Origin: Sulfurospirillum sp. UBA6810
GTDB lineage: Bacteria > Campylobacterota > Campylobacteria > Campylobacterales > Sulfurospirillaceae
Assembly (NCBI GenBank): GCA_002469305.1
Contig: DKEY01000016.1
Span: forward strand, 72,501-136,500
Direction: 5' to 3'
Length of the DNA stretch: 64,000 nucleotides
Under the pieces are notes generated by a model. That model made no database searches. It saw only the letters and a list, made by a program, of their open reading frames with translations, and was not told where the DNA came from. Within the stretch, counting starts at the first letter, position 1. Each line of letters begins with the position of its first letter. The translations under genes were made by a program, and so were the position numbers. Of the stretch, positions 61,909 through 64,000 are shown one piece after another.

Positions 61909-62895
61909 ATGAACAATGCTAGTAGTAGTGCTTTAAAAAAAGCAAAACAACAACATTTTGATTTTCTTAGGAAAAATAACGCTATCACAGATGCTAAAAA
62001 TGGGGAATTATCATTAGGAGCTATGAGATCACTCGATGTTATCTTGCAAAAATATCAAGAGAGTCAAGAAACTCAAATGCAGCTAGAGCTCTCTTATTTG
62101 AGAAAAAAACTAGGATTAGAAAATAATAACGATTATATTAAGCGCATTAAAACTTATCTACTAGAACTAAAACTTCCATTTGAGTTAAGAGACTTTAATG
62201 ATATGAGAACAGGTAAGGCTGTAGAGTGGGCATTAACATCATTTTTAAATGATGTTAAATCATATAAAGAGTCTCAACATCTAGTTGAAATAAATATCTC
62301 TGAAGATTTTATAAATTATATGGTAGATAAAGCTGGTTATACTCAAATTGACCTTTCTTTATCTAAACAATTTAAAACAAAGTACGGATATAAAATATAT
62401 GAAATGTATTTACGATACTATGCTCTTCCAAATAAAATAGAGGGTAATAGAGGAATTATTTATAAAAATATTAATGAACTCAATGATAAGTTTGGAACCA
62501 CGCATAAACATGTTTCAAAAATGTTAGAGGGTATAAATAGAGGAATAAAAGAAATATACACTCTAACAAATTCACAAATAATATGCACCTACGATAAAAT
62601 CGAAAAAAGATTTATATTCTCTTGGGAAAAAGGAGCTAAAAAAATACTCCAATGTAATAAATGTAAAATTCCAGAAGAGAGAATTGATGAGTTATGTGAA
62701 TGGATAATTGAACATTCTCAAAAAGATATTGATGACGAATCTGCATACACGAGAAAAGTAAAAGATTTACTTCTTAAAGATTCATTTGTTGGCTGGGAAG
62801 AGTCTTATAGGGGTATGCTCTCTATAAGATATGGTTTTGAAACGGAAAAAATAGACTCATTAAAACAAGAAGATGGAACCTACTTAAACTTTTAA
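61909..62895 (+). CDS. iteron-type plasmid replication initiator (Rep_3/RepB-like)
   Basis: N-terminal LRKNNAITDAKNGELSLGAMRSLDVIL resembles the Rep_3 N-terminal signature. The gene is bracketed by 18 direct 18-bp iterons, the last ending 4 nt before the ATG. Confidence 0.75.
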   Translation: MNNASSSALKKAKQQHFDFLRKNNAITDAKNGELSLGAMRSLDVILQKYQESQETQMQLELSYLRKKLGLENNNDYIKRIKTYLLELKLPFELRDFNDMRTGKAVEWALTSFLNDVKSYKESQHLVEINISEDFINYMVDKAGYTQIDLSLSKQFKTKYGYKIYEMYLRYYALPNKIEGNRGIIYKNINELNDKFGTTHKHVSKMLEGINRGIKEIYTLTNSQIICTYDKIEKRFIFSWEKGAKKILQCNKCKIPEERIDELCEWIIEHSQKDIDDESAYTRKVKDLLLKDSFVGWEESYRGMLSIRYGFETEKIDSLKQEDGTYLNF

Positions 62896-62981
62896 CCCCT
62901 TTACTACTTTTAAATTTAAAAAAGATATTAAGAGTTAAAAGTAGTGCAAATCCCCTTTTTTAGGGAATAACAAAGAATTTA

Positions 62982-63083
62982 TTTCCTATCGTGAGGATAA
63001 AATTTCTTATATTGAGGACTATTATTTCCTATCGTGAGGACTTTATTTCCTAAATTGAGGATAAATTTCCTATCGTGAGGACT
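62982..63083 (+). repeat. iteron cluster 2 (5 direct iterons downstream of rep)
   Basis: Copies start at 62982, 63003, 63025, 63046 and 63066, spaced 20-22 bp, same orientation as cluster 1. Confidence 0.85.
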
Positions 63084-63209
63084 TTGCCTCTAATTTCTTT
63101 TTTTTACGAGGAAAATGTATTCTTATACTACATTTTAGAGATTAAAGAGATTACTTAAGAGTTAAAAGTAGTGCAAATATTGAAAAAAACGTGGTTCATT
63201 AGACATTAA

Positions 63210-63311
63210 TTTCCCAAAACGAGGACTTTTTTTCTTATATTGAGGACTATTATTTCCTATCGTGAGGACTTTATTTCCTAAATTGAGGACTCTTTTCTTG
63301 TATTGAGGATA
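63210..63311 (+). repeat. iteron cluster 3 (5 direct iterons; tandem duplicate of cluster 2 block)
   Basis: Copies start at 63210, 63231, 63253, 63274 and 63294. Offset by 228 bp from the cluster 2 copies. Confidence 0.85.
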
Positions 63312-63445
63312 AGTACCTTAAATAAAAAAATAAACTATAATTTTATTATATTCAGTTTTGTTTAAGTAGTATCGTTATAAACTTACAAATAATAAATAAT
63401 TGCTTTTTATCGAAAGCACTTAATTTTAACTTAATAGGAGTTATT

Positions 63446-64000
63446 ATGATTTTGAATACTCTTGATAAAATAGCCAGCTCTGTTGGTGTTCATAGAGATA
63501 CAATGAAAAAGTATGCTAAGTATCTTCCTGTTTTTGGCCACAAAAGTAAAAGACAGAGTTACATTACTACTGATAAGCTTTTGGACTTTATAACAAAGAG
63601 AGTAAAAGAAGAGGGTGTTAAAAAGAGCTTACCTCTTTATTCTATAAAAGATGCTATAGAAATTTGCGGAGAAGAGCTATTTGCTTCTACTAACCTTTAT
63701 GAAAAAAAGACTCAAAAGGCAATTACAGTTGCTTTCAATAACTTAAAGGGAGGTGTTGCTAAAACAACAACTGTTGCAAACCTCGGCGCTGTTCTTGCAA
63801 GCCTTAATCAGAAAGTGCTTTTAGTGGATATGGATATGCAAAACCAGCTCTCTACATACTTTGATAATAGTACAGGGATAGATTTAGCTGATGATGATGA
63901 TACTAGAACTATTGAGGAACTCGAAAAAACATTTGCAGAGTATAGTGATGAAGATATTGATAGTATATGTAGTATGGTTGCGACAGAGAAGTTTGCAAAA
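63446..64000 (+). CDS. ParA-family partition ATPase with N-terminal extension, partial (runs off right edge)
   Basis: Open-ended, so absent from the ORF track. ATG 63446 preceded by TAGGAG. Translation contains ITVAFNNLKGGVAKTTTVANLG (deviant Walker A) and VLLVDMDMQ. Confidence 0.75.
   Translation, partial: MILNTLDKIASSVGVHRDTMKKYAKYLPVFGHKSKRQSYITTDKLLDFITKRVKEEGVKKSLPLYSIKDAIEICGEELFASTNLYEKKTQKAITVAFNNLKGGVAKTTTVANLGAVLASLNQKVLLVDMDMQNQLSTYFDNSTGIDLADDDDTRTIEELEKTFAEYSDEDIDSICSMVATEKFAK

Noticed and set aside
61752-61988. 78-aa minus-strand ORF upstream of rep
   Set aside because: It is composed almost entirely of iteron sequence (five iterons) and overlaps the rep start. It is an artefact of repeat DNA.

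Overview
This is a visibly AT-rich 64-kb segment that reads as part of a large mobilisable or conjugative plasmid. Nearly all genes are on the minus strand. The host guess (a low-GC Gram-negative lineage such as Campylobacterota) rests on composition and gene style only; no searches were run.

Modules, left to right:
- A partial ParA-family gene and small membrane-protein genes.
- A MobC-type relaxosome protein.
- An SF1-helicase C-terminal fragment.
- A type IA (Topo III-like) topoisomerase.
- A 3583-aa N6-adenine methyltransferase plus SNF2 helicase fusion.
- A tyrosine recombinase translationally coupled to an XRE regulator.
- A 7.9-kb array of promoterless gene cassettes (25982..33865).
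- An 883-aa secreted protein gene whose last 165 codons belong to that array.
- A type IV pilus / type II secretion-like operon: GspE/PilB ATPase, GspF/PilC-like platform, lipoprotein secretin, two prepilins.
- About 13 unrecognised secreted, lipoprotein and membrane genes.
- A relaxase.
- An iteron-flanked Rep gene (18 iterons) and a second partial ParA gene.

The standout is the cassette array. Fourteen copies of the core TGTAACGGGTAC, always read in frame as Val-Thr-Gly-Thr, each precede an alternative C-terminal module. Three copies are on the + strand and eleven on the - strand, and one lies inside the expressed 883-aa gene. With the adjacent tyrosine recombinase and pilus operon, this is the architecture of the IncI1 R64 pilV/sfx/rci shufflon. 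It differs in having 14 alternative tails, a different core site, a non-pilin carrier protein, and at least four unrelated tail families. One family looks lectin-like.

Secondary signals:
- A 29-30-nt promoter/operator-like motif repeated 12 times in front of minus-strand transcription units.
- A 15-nt hairpin motif repeated 4 times around the relaxase gene (candidate oriT).
- A 228-bp tandem duplication of an iteron block.

All family assignments come from motifs read by eye.
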